Assembly (NCBI GenBank): GCA_951406725.2
Contig: OX597817.1
Span: 101,866,001-101,930,000 of the forward strand
Direction: 5' to 3'
DNA length: 64,000 nucleotides
Origin: Octopus vulgaris
Lineage: Eukaryota
The position numbers were made by a program, and so were the translations under genes. Below the pieces are notes generated by a model, which worked only from the letters and a program-made list of their open reading frames with translations, was not told the origin of the DNA and did no database searches. Positions 40,946 through 53,995 of this stretch are shown here, piece after piece (the first letter of the stretch is position 1; every line of letters starts with the position of its first letter).

Positions 40946-41179
40946 ACACAATACAACCAGAGCTTATTTTAGAGTTTAAATTGTAAAATTACAATAACAA
41001 CTAATAATATTCTATGATTGCAATTAAAGATATCTTGTACAAAAATTCAACAAGATTTAAGTGCATTAATTATGTTTAGCAAGTAAAATGTTTAGCAGCA
41101 TTTTGTCTTCACATTCTGAGCTCAAATTCTGCAGAAGATGACTTTGCCTTTCATCATTTCAGGATACATGGCACTAGTA

Positions 41180-41612
<433 letters not shown>

Positions 41613-41637
41613 TTATTTCCATTAGAAAGCCCTTTCA

Positions 41638-42038
41638 TCTTTTTTACTTGTTTCAGTCTGCAGCTATGTTGGGGCACCAACTTCAATTTTTAGTTGAATG
41701 AACTGTCCCTAGTACCTATTTATTTATTTTTCTTCAAGCCTAGTACTTATTCTATTAGTCTCTTTGCCGAACTGTTAAGTTACAGGGATGTACATATACA
41801 ACACTGGTTGTTAAGTGGTGGTGGGGGACAAACACAGACACAAAGACACACACACACACACATATATATCTAATTGATGGGCTTCTTTCAGCTTCTATCT
41901 ACCAAATTCATTCACAAGGCTTTCGTTGGCCTGAGGTTATAGAAGACACTTGTCCCCAAGGTGCTACGCAGTGGGTCTGAACTCAGAACCATGTGGTTGG
42001 GAAACAAGCTTCATAACACACAGCCAAGTCTGCACCTA
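41638..42038 (-). mobile_element. tRNA-derived SINE, near full length
   Basis: Collinear with 56341-56833. Confidence 0.85.
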
Positions 42039-42538
42039 TAATGTTGATATTAATGATTTTATTTTTAATGCAGACTTATTTTACCACACTACAAAATTCA
42101 TATCAGTGGAACTTCAGGAATGTAAAATATGAAGTTTTTGCTCTTTACACTTTCAGCCTCATAACTTCTTACCCACCCCCAAGATACCATTCTGACACAC
42201 TGGCATCCAGTTTCAGTTCTACATAATGAATGGCATCCAAGTTTGATTTCTAGTTCCTTCTCAGCTCAGAGCAACAAAAAGTGGGTTGCTCTCACAACAG
42301 AGCCATTGGAGTGTTCTCTGCAGGCCTCAACTTTTGCATAATTATTTTTCAAAATTAATGTATTTGTGGGCCATTGAGTAGTTGATTGTATTTAGATAGT
42401 TTTTTTATATCATGATTTCCTTAACTGTTGCTTACATAAGCTTTGTCAGTGATAGCGACTAGAAGATACTCTGACTTAAAGTTATCTTTTATATATAAGA
42501 TAGGACATAAGATATGTGTGGTATAGGATATAAAATAT

Positions 42539-42652
42539 ATGGTCTAGTGGTTAGGCTGTTGCACTCACGATCGCTAGATCATGGGTTTGATTCCCTGACT
42601 GGGTAGTGCCTTGTGTTCTTCAGCAAAACACTTCATTTTACATTGCTCCAGT
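42539..42652 (+). mobile_element. tRNA-head SINE fragment with a CORE-like body
   Basis: A box TGGTCTAGTGG and B box GGTTTGATTCCC, then gtgttcttcagcaaaacacttc. Confidence 0.65.
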
Positions 42653-43246
42653 CCCCGCTTCAATCAGGGGGTAATGTTAGCCAGCAGGGTGGCATCTGTT
42701 GTCAGTCATGTTACGAGATCATGTTATAATATATGTGGGCCATAACTGTAAGAGTTGCCAATTCCTGCTTAATAACCAACAGCAGATACAATAGCCCCTT
42801 TTCATATCACAATCAGTGATATGAACATATATCAGTGTTCGTAAGCTTAGCTGCATAGCTAAAATGTGTATTTTGTAACCTAGTAGTTCTGAATTTGGTC
42901 CAATTGTGTAGTGCCCAGGAAAGAGTTTTCTACTGCAGCCTAGAGCTGATTAATGCCCTAAGTGAAATTCAGTAGTCAGAAACAGTATGGGAGCCCATCG
43001 TGTATGTATGTGTGTGTGTGTGTGTTTATGCATGTATGTGTGAGTGTCAGTTTACATTCATGTCACTTAAAACCAGTGCTTTGACAAATACACATTGATT
43101 AAATATGTACCAAACTTTAAAATAATTACTTGTGCTGATATGCTTAACTAAATGCTTGAAGGCACCAATTAACTTGATATTTCAAATATACTTGATCCAA
43201 CTATGTCATTAGTTAAACCCTAACTCCTGCTTATGGCCATTACATA

Positions 43247-44831
43247 CACTGGCCAAAGTAAGTTTAAGACTGATGATGACAGTTCTATTCCTTCATTAAT
43301 ATATTTTTAACAAGACTGTATAAAATTATTTTACTTTTTATAGTTTATGTAGAATTTTTTTTCTTTTTCTACAGTTTGAATAATTTTAATGTGCAATTGA
43401 TTCAAATGATTAGAAATTATCGGCAAAATAAGTTTAAGACCATACCAAGATTATGCAAATTAATAAACTAAATGGGTGGTCATGTGGCTGGTCGTACTGC
43501 ACTGTTTTGTTTAATAATTGAGCATTGTTACACATTAATTTGCTGTGGGAAATAGAATGGCCCAGTTACTAGATCAGAGATCGTGTTGCTTCATCAGCAA
43601 AATGTGTCCTTCATGAACATTAGCAAGCAATTAGGATGCAGCAAAGTGGCTTGTTTTCAAGCGTGAAAACTTTAACAAGCCACTGACTAATACAAAGATC
43701 AACAAAGAATGGGTGCTCTGAGAAAAACAACAGTATGGATGGATCAGTGAATTCATAGGCTCTCTGGCGCTAACTGAATGCTAACAGTAGTGGACATTTG
43801 CAAGCAATTACATGATGAAACTGACATAAGCTTTACACCACAAACTTTCAGAAATCACCTAAAAGAATTTGGATTGTTTGGCCAGATTGCTCAAAAGAAA
43901 CCAATAATTTCTGAGATGAACCAGTGGAAGTGGATCAAGTTTACTAAAAAACATATAGAATGGACAGCTAAAGACTAGTCAAAAGTTCTTTGGAGCGATG
44001 AATCTCGCTTCTGCATCTTTGGATCAGATGGAAAGACTTATGTTAGATGCTGTCCAACTGAAGAATTCCATCCTAAGTGTGGTAAGAAAACAGCACAAGC
44101 AGGAGGTGTGGAGGTGTGTGTGAGGCGCAATGGTGTGGACCATGTTTAGCAGCTTAGGTGTTTGTCTAATTGTTAAGGTTGATGGCAGACTGAACAGTGT
44201 AGGCTATCTGCAATTAGTAAATGAAAATGTGTTGCCATATTTAAATAATCAGTTGTCACCAGGATCTATTTTCCAGTAGGACAATTTCTTCATTCATAAG
44301 GCTTGGAAAGTTTTGCAATATTCTGAGTGTAATAATAAATCTGCAGAGCCCAGATTTCAATATGATAGAAAATTTATGGAATTGTCTTTAAAAGAGTTCA
44401 TGCTAAAAAAACCAACAAATGTATCCCAATTATGTAATTTTATTGAAGAAATATAGCAGAACATTCCAAATGATTTTTGTGCTCATTTGTCCAACTCCAT
44501 GTCCCACCGTTGTAAGGCTATAATTGAAAATAATGGCTATGGAACTAGATACTAATAATAAATTTTTGTTCGTTGATCATTTGTACCATAAATTTTCAAT
44601 TGAAACAATAATGTTGGTAATGGTCTGAAACATATTCTGCCGATAGTTTCTAATCATTTGAATTAATTGTGTATTAAAATTATTCAAATTGTAGAAAGAT
44701 ATATAATGCCTATATCATTCGAAAGAGTAAAAAATTCTACATAAACTGTAAAAAGTAAAATAATCTTATAGTTTTGTTAAAAATAAATTAATGAAGGAAT
44801 AGAATGGTCGTCAAACATATTTTGGTCAGTG
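43247..44831 (+). mobile_element. Tc1 (DD34E) transposon with long IR/DR-type terminal repeats, decayed
   Basis: TA-CACTG...CAGTG-TA ends; ~195-bp inverted repeats (43247-43442 and ~44621-44831) with internal direct repeats. Motifs AQKKP, VLWSDESRF and SPDFNMIENLW. Confidence 0.93.
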
Positions 44832-45519
44832 TATGTGTGTGTATTTACACAGATATTGATATACATATACACATAGAAACTTATATGCAAAGCTCTTAGC
44901 AGTTTTCTAGTTCTTGTAGAGAAATAATACTTTGATATTTTTGATATTCTAAGACACTTCAAATGCAGAGAGGAATGAGAGAATAACTAAAATGACACCA
45001 AACAGCCTCTCACTTCTTAGAATCTTTTGATTCTCTCTTACACACACAGACTTTCTCTCTGTCTCTCTTGGAATCTTTCTCCCTCCACCATTATTAATAC
45101 CATTGTCATCATCACTACCATTACAACCAACAGTTTCTTACAATTAGCATTACTTCCCTTAGCATTATACATTTTATGAAGTAGGAACACATCTTAATAT
45201 AAAGACAATACTCATCACTGAGAAATTGTCATTTTCTCGCAGCCAAATTATCTCTGATTAATGTTTGATGCTCACTACATTAAATATGTTGACACACTAT
45301 CAACTGACTAAAGTCATTACTGTACTATGTATACGTCTAATATGCTATAAACACTGCTAAAAGTGCACTTTAACACACTGCAGCAACTTCTACACAGTGT
45401 ACACTTCTAATACATTACAGTTAATTCTACACAGTGTACACTGCTAGACATTTACAGATAAATAGTGAGTGGCAAAAGTATATGATTATGGAAAATAGTA
45501 TTATTTAGTTGTAGGAGAG

Positions 45520-45725
45520 CGACAAGCTGGCAGAATCATCAACATGCCTGATAAAATGCTCAGCAGCATTTTGTCTGACTTTAAGAGTTCTGAGTTCAAA
45601 TTTCACCAAGGTTGATTTTGCTTTCCATCCTTTCGAGATCAATGAAGTAAGTACTAGTGGAACACTGGGGTCGATGTAATCAACAAGTCCCTCCCCAAAA
45701 TTCCAGGCCTTGTGTCTGTAGTGAA
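45520..45725 (+). mobile_element. Second-family tRNA SINE
   Basis: TGGCAGAATC A box and GAGTTCAAATTTC B box; same core as 39965-40167. Confidence 0.8.
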
Positions 45726-45989
45726 AAGGTTTATTTAGTTGGAAGAGAGACAGTACCCATAATTTTAACAGGTTCTTCAAGACTGGCAACATCTATTAGA
45801 GGGTATATTGAGTGGATTGGGGTGGAAGAGCTATGCACCTATAGCCACACATAAAATACTTTGTTATTTAAACAATGTAATCAGGATTAATGAAAGAGAG
45901 TGGCATTCAGATGATACCGAGAAGTATGTGGAAATCAACCACCCTGTATGGCATAATGAATAAAGTACCAATATTTTGTTATTACTTAC

Positions 45990-46066
45990 CTGATCTGAAT
46001 GTAGTCCAACTATCACAAAGTCACCTTCTGCAGCTGCTTTTTCTAGGAAATCACAATGACCAACAT
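45990..46066 (-). CDS. PCYT2: PCYT2 exon ((H)VGHCDFLEKAAAEGDFVIVGLHSDQ)
   Basis: Preceded by an AC acceptor and a U12 branch site; CAG|GTAAGT donor; completes the HVGH motif. Confidence 0.96.
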
Positions 46067-46766
46067 GTAGCAAATGTTAAGGCAAGTAACAAGTTAACTT
46101 AATATAAAATGAGAAAGTTAAATAAAAATAGTGAAAATATAAATGGATTCAATAGATACATGATGTGAACATTTGGATATAACTAAATCATTAAGTAAAA
46201 TTGATCAGAATATCAACCTTAAGTAATGACTTATATTTTGTGAAATACTTCCACGTAACTGTTAGAAGCCTTCTTAAATGATACTATAAGCAGATGTTTG
46301 AGGCCAAAACATATTTGGGTCAAGAAAATAACAAAACTAAGTAAATAAATAACTGTCGTCAGAAATCCAGAAAGGCTCATGATGAACAGTTTATTTATGA
46401 TTTTATAGCATTAAGATGTTGAGAAATAAACACCAACTGAATGTATCTGTTGTAGGTGACATTCTTAGAAAATGTACCTTTTTCTAACATATATAGATTA
46501 AGTGAAGTACATAGCATTAAGTGTGTGGATTTGGATTCAAAACAAGGAACACATTTTTTTAAAAACTATTATTATATATTATCTTATTTTAACATTTTAC
46601 TAATATTTTATTTATAACTCGTAATTATAATTATTTTACATTTTCTTTTTCATATTTCATTTTAGCATTTTCTTAAGTAGCAGACCAAATGCTAACAGCA
46701 ATCTGCCAACTGCAGTTAATAGTGTATAATGGAAAACTTCAACTGGAATATATTTCCACTTTCATA

Positions 46767-48034
46767 TGAGGGTCAGCTGACAAGTTCATAGGCTGACCAA
46801 GATACTCTCATGGAATGTGACCAAATGAGGTTTATTTTTCAACATAGTCTCCCTTGCAGAGCATACACTTCCTCCATTGGTGTTGCAGTGCTTGGATCCC
46901 AATGGGGAAGAAGTTTTCAGCAAGTTGATCAGAAAAGTCATCAGCAGCAGATATGACGTCATCATCACTGCCATATTGGTTCTCAGTCAAGTGTCTTTTC
47001 ATGTTGGGGAACAGATGATAGTGAGATGTGGCCAAATCAGGAGAATAGGGAGGGTAATCAACCAGTTCAAAGTCACAGTCATGCACAACAGCCACTGAAG
47101 CCAAGGACTTGTGTGCTCAAGAATTGTCCTGATGAAACAAGATCCCTTTCATCAGTTTTCCTGGGTGTTTGGTCTTGATAGCCTTTCATAACTATCTCAG
47201 CAAGTTGGCTGAGATAGTTATATATTGATGATGTGGCCTTTCTGAAGATAGTCAATAAACACAATGTCTTTTACATCCCAAAAAACTGAGGCCATCACCA
47301 CCTCTGCAGATGAAACTAACTTGACCTTTGGAGAGAAGGGGTTTTTTCCACTGCATGGATTCTCCCTTCGTCTTTGTTTCAAAATGACACAACCAGAACT
47401 CTTCTTGGCTTAGGAAACATTCAAGGAAGCCAGCTGGATCAATGCCAGATTTCCCACCGATGTAATCAACCTGACACGCTTTTGATCAGGTGTCAGAAGA
47501 CATGGCACTCACTGAGCAGAAACCTTCATCATGCTAAATTCATTGTGCAGAATATTCTTAACTCTCTTACGGGATATGCTAATAACATTGGCTATTTAAT
47601 TTACAGTCAATCATCTGTTTTCTATCACCATATGATGAACATGATCAATGTTTCCCTTGGTGGTAGCAGTTACAAGATGTTGGGTCATCTTCAAGATTCT
47701 TCCTTCCTATCCTAAATTCAGCTTCTGACTTTTGCACTGTTGATACAGCTGGTGTGTCATCTCCTAATGTAGCAACCATATCAGCATGAATGTTGTTGGG
47801 AATAAAACCCATTTTCTGCAGGTGCTTCATAACATCATGACACCAAATTTTGTTCATTTTCAAAAGAAGTTGCTACCAGTTACTTTTGGAGTCTTTGAAC
47901 AGTCACATGTGAGTTTACCTGGAAAGAAACAGTGCAGTTTTTAATAAGAAGAGTTGAAATTAATGCATGCAGGATTTTACAGCTCTAGCATCACTCCTTC
48001 ATAGCCAACCTATGAACTTTTCAGCCCACTCTCG
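46767..48034 (-). mobile_element. Full-length decayed mariner inside the U12 intron
   Basis: TA-flanked TIRs TGAGGGTCAGCTGACAAGTTCATAGG and CCTATGAACTTTTCAGCCCACTCTCG; YPPYSPDLA in ORF 46832-47104. Confidence 0.92.
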
Positions 48035-48144
48035 TAGTATTAATGGAGAGGTATTTCTCTTTCTTAATAGGCCAACACTAATTTTAGCCACAGAATGTTT
48101 TGAGCGCAGCACTGCAAGCTAAGGAAAAATTTATTAATTATATA

Positions 48145-48570
48145 TCACCTATGGTCATGAATGTTGGGAAATAAATGGAAGACTACTATCACAAATACAA
48201 GGAGCCAAAATGGAGTTCCTCCAAAGGCTCTCTGTACTGACTCAACAGGTTGCATAGACAGAGATCAGGGAGTTTCTTCAGATCAAGTCACTACTTCAAT
48301 GCAGTGAACTGTCACAGCTCCAGTACTACACACATATGTCACAGGAAAGAATCGCAAGACAGATTCTTCAAGCCAAGCCAACCAGCAGGAGTCCTAAGGG
48401 TATACTAAGAATGAGATGGTTGGATAACATCCATAGTCTCAGTTGATCATACTTGGGAATCCAGCCAGAAAGTCTGATAGTGGCTTCTGATAGGAAGTAA
48501 GTAGAATAAGTACCTGAGGACTCTACCCCTACAATCACCAAGGAATAGTGGGAGCAGAAAATGGACAGAT
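48145..48570 (+). mobile_element. RTE-clade LINE C-terminal fragment (different subfamily)
   Basis: Peptide remnants YGHECW, MEFLQRL and ERIARQILQAKPTSRSPKG...RWLDNI. Confidence 0.65.
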
Positions 48571-49019
48571 GGCTGACGATGGTACTAGATGTGATTGCGC
48601 CTTTCTCAGGTATGTTTATACAACTAATTACACTGAGTAACTGAGAGCTAAGTGTCTTTGTCACAGATACAGCACTATATTAATGATAGAATATGAATTA
48701 CTGACTATATAACTTGATAATCTCTTGACTACTACAAAGCCAGCTGCAAATCATTAAATGAGTTCTTTGTGAATAATATAAAATATTAAGAAATTACTGA
48801 TGTAACATGAATACAGTACAGGTGGCAGATCATCTGTTCATCAATATCCCTAATGAACCAATCTATTGCAGAAGAAAAACTCAGATTTTCCAAGAGAAAA
48901 ACAATAATGTAACAGATAGGCAACATGGTTTTAACATAAACAAAAGTTAGGATGAAAGAAAGGTGACTATCTTAAATAAATAATATGCAAATACTTAGAA
49001 AATATAGATATTTAATATC

Positions 49020-49205
49020 GGTTTGAAATTTTGGCACAAGGCCAGCAAAAAGTCAGTTACATTGATCCCTATGCTCAACTGGTATTTACTTTATTGACCC
49101 TGAAAGGTAAAGTCAACCTCAGCAGAATTTGAACTCAGAATGTAAAGATAGACAAAATACCACCAAGTATTTTACCCAACATGATAACAAGTCTGCCAGC
49201 TTGCT
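49020..49205 (-). mobile_element. Second-family tRNA SINE
   Basis: Reverse complement of the 39965-40167 family. Confidence 0.8.
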
Positions 49206-49340
49206 GTCTTAATAGATGGATATTTAATATTAACACTAATAAGAAGACACTTCCATACATATGTTAATTAATTAAAATCCCCATCAATAACAGTAACTAC
49301 ATTGATGATGACAAAGTAAAAGAAGGAAGATAAGTAATTA

Positions 49341-49538
<198 letters not shown>

Positions 49539-49845
49539 TTAAAGTAAAATATAAAATACAATTTAGTGTCAGCATGTTTCACTTCGATTTTAAAACATTT
49601 TCTCACTATTTTTGCACATCATAATACTCTCTCTCTCTTCCTGTCCATATCTTTCTAATATAACTGTTTCATATGTTTATATGTATATGAACATAAAAAT
49701 CTTTAGCTCTTAATGGATCATAACATAAGACTTCTTTATGTAGTGCATTGCTTTTCACACTATTGATTTTGACCACAATGCTATGGCATTCTTATTTTGT
49801 GCATTTAATTGATGCATTTACATTGTGTGTGTGTGTGTACATATA

Positions 49846-49887
<42 letters not shown>

Positions 49888-50035
49888 AGTAAAACAATAG
49901 AAAACTATGCCATTTTAATCCCGAGCAATATTGGGTATCTCTGTTAGTATATATATATATATAATATATATATATCATCATCATTGTTTAAGCGGACATT
50001 AAACGATGATGATGATATATATATTTATATATTTC

Positions 50036-50494
50036 ATCTGCTACTGATATACATCTATGCTTTCGTGAGACAAATACCACCGTTTCTGGATTTCTGTAGC
50101 ATATCCATGTTATGATATACAGAATGCTATTTTGAACTAATACTGCTTCTGTCACTAGGAAAGAAATTTTACGCAGCCTGCTGGCTGTTTGTGACACCAG
50201 TGATTTGTTAATCACTGTTTTTCTATATCAGTAGAAGGTAAATTTGTTTAAGCATGTGGTTGCTAGTGGATACTTGCTACTGATGACACTCAGAAAAGTA
50301 GAAATCCAGATTTAGTAATTCCGCTGTTGCTGCTAGATGCTCTTTGTCTGCCACTGATACACTTCTGTGTTTTTTAACATAAATACATCTATAAAAAGTG
50401 CTTTCTTGAGATGAATGCCAGTTTTATGGCAGTATATCCCCATTAAGTAAGATAGACAGAATGCTATTTTTGAACTAATACTACTTCTGTTACT
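50036..50494 (+). mobile_element. Candidate retrozyme 1: diverged direct repeats (period ~310-337 nt) flanking a hammerhead ribozyme
   Basis: acagaatgctattttgaactaatact.cttctgt.act at 50119 and 50456; ctgc.actgata at ~50038 and ~50348. Confidence 0.65.
50274..50318 (+). ncRNA. Type I minimal hammerhead ribozyme motif
   Basis: ttgcta-CTGATGA-c act cagaaa agt a-GAAA-tccaga-T-T-tagtaa. Stem I ttgcta/tagtaa pairs fully (one GU). Confidence 0.75.
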
Positions 50495-50593
50495 TATAAC
50501 AAATATATATAACATTTACAAGATAAACCAATCAATTTTTCAGATAGTGATTATGAAGTTTGAAATGTTATGAAGAGGAAAAAAGTTACATAC

Positions 50594-50669
50594 CTGACTA
50601 ATAGCACCTACTTGGTCTTTGTTGAGCTCCTCAGGACCTCGATGATGTGTTCGGGTCACTAGTAGCATT
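50594..50669 (-). CDS. PCYT2: PCYT2 exon (MLLVTRTHHRGPEELNKDQVGAISQ)
   Basis: AG/GT borders, phase 2 to 0; resembles RMLLVTKAHH. Confidence 0.94.
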
Positions 50670-50852
50670 CTGTATACAACAAAAATATATGTAACTATTA
50701 AATAATGCAACATAAAAATATTACTGATATTACTGAGTACTATTTCTTACATGATGATATCAAATACAACACACTTCTAACACAATGGAATAACTATGGC
50801 TAATTACATATAAATAATGATGATAATGAGGCTTATTTTGTGTGTGTGTGCA

Positions 50853-50908
<56 letters not shown>

Positions 50909-51327
50909 AAACAGAATTCAAAGATATTGGTGTTGGTCTGCATTGGCAAAACTTGTATTATTTAGTACAATTGACAAAGAGTGCGTTCTTTCTTGTCAAT
51001 TTTACTTTATATATACTCACACACATATATAAATATATACACACACTTTCTACTCTGCAGTCATAGATGACAGGTGAGTTCTGTAATCTCTTGTTGAACA
51101 ATCTGCACAAATGAGGTGTATGTAGTGATCAAATGTTTGTGCTGTATACTAGCTCATTTCTTTCACCATTGCCTGACTGGTACACAGTCTGCTGCACATC
51201 AGATGTTGAAGTGACTGCAGAGCAACATGAAATAAGCGTCTTGCTCAAGAGCATAATGCAAACCATGAACTTCTGATCATGAGTGCAACATCCTTACCAC
51301 TTGGCCATGCACCCCACATATATATAT

Positions 51328-51640
51328 ATCATCATCATCATCATTTAACATCCACCTTCTATGCAGGCATAGGTTGGATGAGCCCCAGGTTAATGTGTCT
51401 GTTTTGGCAGAGTTTTTACACCAGGATGCTCTTCCAAACACCAACCACTCTGCAGAGTGGACTGAGTGCTTTTTACATGGCACAAGCACAGGTGAGGTCA
51501 CCAAGTAACTTACAAGACAAGGAGTTTTCAGAGGAGAAGGAGCATTGGAGGAGGGAATCTTGTATCAGATGGTGAAAGGTTAGAGTGTGACAGAGAGACA
51601 GAAACAGGTGTCTTGCTGTAGAGGAGGTACATGGCTACTC
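51328..51640 (-). mobile_element. RTE-type 3'UTR fragment
   Basis: (CAT)n tail followed by the reverse complement of 28590-29090. Confidence 0.75.
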
Positions 51641-52239
51641 AACCAGATAAATATATATATGCCACCATGGAAGACGGACATTAAACATCATCATCATTTA
51701 ACGTCCGCTTTCCATGCTGACATGGGTTGATGATATATATAAAGTGAGTATATAAGGATAAATTAGCCAGGTGGGTACTGTAATAGCTCTCAGGTGTATT
51801 CCAGGTTTTGGCTAACTGCATCAAGCAGTAATAAACATTAATGATTGCTTAATATGAGCAATCTTGCTGTAATTCTTCTGATGGATAATTCTGGGTTTGT
51901 TTCACTGGATTATGAATATTATCTGGAATGCAAATTTCAAACAAATACTAATATGGAATCTGGTACATTTTCAAACTTTTCTTTTAATTTTACAGTTGGT
52001 CATACTGCATAATTAGTTGGTTAAAATGACCAATGCATGTTTCTGCTGCACAGAGTATGTGCAGTAACGTATGCAACCCAACATAATCTGCTGTGCATCT
52101 TCATTCAGGGTCTTTCTACAAGCATAACTTGTGTGGGTGTATATACATACATATGCATACACACACACACATACTGCATGCTTCAAATAGTGATTAATTT
52201 TGGGTGGAGCATCCAGCTGTATAAACCATGCCAAAGTAA

Positions 52240-52815
52240 ACATTGGTTACCAAACCAGTCCTCTGGCTTGTTGAATCCATTGTCCTTCAAATGGATGGAG
52301 TGAGCACTTACTGTTTAATTTATAACCCTGCAACCTAACATCCCTCAAGCTTCTGGCTTCATGCTCTAGCATGATGGGGCTGGGGTCATCCCAGGTTAGT
52401 CGTCCCAGAGGCGTCACCATGTGTAGAGCCAACCAGACCTACCAGTGATCTCCATCACTGGCAGTCCCAAGCCAACCCTGTATATCCTCCAAGGTGATGT
52501 CAAGCCTCTGAAGATTTATCCCAATCACATTCAACCATCTGGTGTGGAGCCTGCAATAAGGCTTCTTCTAGACTGCAGCTGCTGCATTGAATGAAAGTAA
52601 AATGCTGGTCAGATGATCTAGCAAGAGACAGAGGACATATAGCTACGAGGTAAGAGGCTGCAGGCTGATGCATGCACGCATGCTGTTCATTGTCGGAAAC
52701 ATGATGGTACCATCTGATGTTCTCAATGGTTCTCTGGACTCTGCAATTGAAACTGTCAATCCTCTTTGTCAGGGTTTTCAAGAGGGGCCACACTTCTGCT
52801 CCATAAAGTAGAATG
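52240..52815 (-). mobile_element. RTE-clade LINE C-terminal fragment
   Basis: YGAEVWPL.KTLTKRIDSF...TIENIRW...VSDNE, in ORF 52500-52793 and its immediate flank. Confidence 0.65.
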
Positions 52816-52942
52816 GTTTAGGATGAATGTTGCTGTAATTTAGCCCCAGGAGACATTGTCTCCAGCTGGATATACAACACGATCCGTGTCTTTATATTTT
52901 CGAACAAGGGAATCCAGCACCCCTGCTCACCTCAAAACGATA

Positions 52943-52987
52943 TCTGTGTATCGCAATTTCCAGGTTATTTCCCTTCACCAGCGCAGA
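52943..52987 (-). ncRNA. Hammerhead copy with mutated core (CTGGTGA, A6G)
   Basis: tctgcg-CTGGTGA-agggaaataacctg-GAAA-ttgcga-T-A-cacaga on the minus strand. Confidence 0.65.
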
Positions 52988-53228
52988 ATAATTGTTCAGC
53001 TAGAGGTGGTGCAGCCAAATTTCCATTTGAAATATATAGTTTTCAAAGTGACAACTAGTCATTGATCTATAAATTAGAAAATTTATTCCAAAGTACTGTT
53101 GCTTAATATCTCTCGTGAGATTTACAAATAGTAATTTTCTAATTTATTGATCAATGACTAGTTGCCAATTTGAAAACTATATATTTCGAACAGGAATTTG
53201 GCAGCACCACCTCTAGCCGAACAATTAT

Positions 53229-53273
53229 TCTGTGCTGATGAAGGGAAATAACCTGGAAATTGCAATACATAGA
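53229..53273 (+). ncRNA. Type I minimal hammerhead ribozyme motif
   Basis: tctgtg-CTGATGA-agggaaataacctg-GAAA-ttgcaa-T-A-cataga; palindromic stem III; stem I pairs and extends via aacaat/attgtt. Confidence 0.8.
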
Positions 53274-53789
53274 TATTGTTTTGTGCTGAGTGGGGTGCTG
53301 GATTCCCTTGTTCGAAAATACAAGGATACAGATCGTGTTGCATAACCAGCTGGAGACGATGTCTCCTGGGGCTAAATTACAGCAACATTCGACCTAAACT
53401 AGGACTGCCAATAATCTTTACTCCAAAGTACTGTTGCTGAATATCTTGTAAGATTTACAAATAGTAATTTTCTAATGAATATATTAGTTGGAAATTATCA
53501 AAATATACTACAGTAACTTTAAGTAGTCTAATGAGATGGCTGGCAGTAATCTCATTAATTAATTACTAAATGGATTTGGATAACTTTTTTATATGTATAA
53601 ACCAATGTGTAAATTGACAAAATGGTCCCTCTAGTTATTTGAAATGATTGTAACCTTTAAAAAATTTATGTAACACCATCATCTTCTTTCATTTGTTTAC
53701 TATTATACTCAAATTGGTGAATTTGGGGGGGGGGGATTTACAATTTGTATTGGACTGTCCAGAAGATTAAGTGAATATGGATTCCAGTT

Positions 53790-53995
53790 TTCCTCCTTTG
53801 GGTGCTGGTGTTACATGAAAAGCACCCTGTACACTGTAAGGTTGTTGGCATTTGGAAGGACATCCTGCTGTAGAAACCAAGCCAAAATAGATTGGGGAAC
53901 CTGGTACAGCCCCTGGCCTTGCCAGTTCCTGTCAAACATTCAACTCACTCCAGCATGGAAAATGGACATTAAATGTTGCTGTTACTGATGATGAG
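53790..53995 (+). mobile_element. RTE-type 3'UTR fragment
   Basis: aaagcaccc..acactgtaag..gttggcatt.ggaagg.catcc.gctgtagaaacc motifs and a gatgatga tail. Confidence 0.7.

Larger units (their letters stand above)
52816..53476. mobile_element. Candidate retrozyme 2: 335-nt-period forward unit plus an upstream inverted ~268-bp copy
   Basis: Arms 52816-53083 and 53133-53399 are reverse complements; 53082-53143 is repeated directly at 53417-53476. Confidence 0.8.

Noticed and set aside
45864-46073. ORF-track protein starting MLHVGH
   Set aside because: Only 45990-46066 is exonic; the apparent start and tail are intronic.
52856-53343. Two similar ORFs on opposite strands
   Set aside because: A by-product of the inverted repeat; the frames are not conserved between arms.
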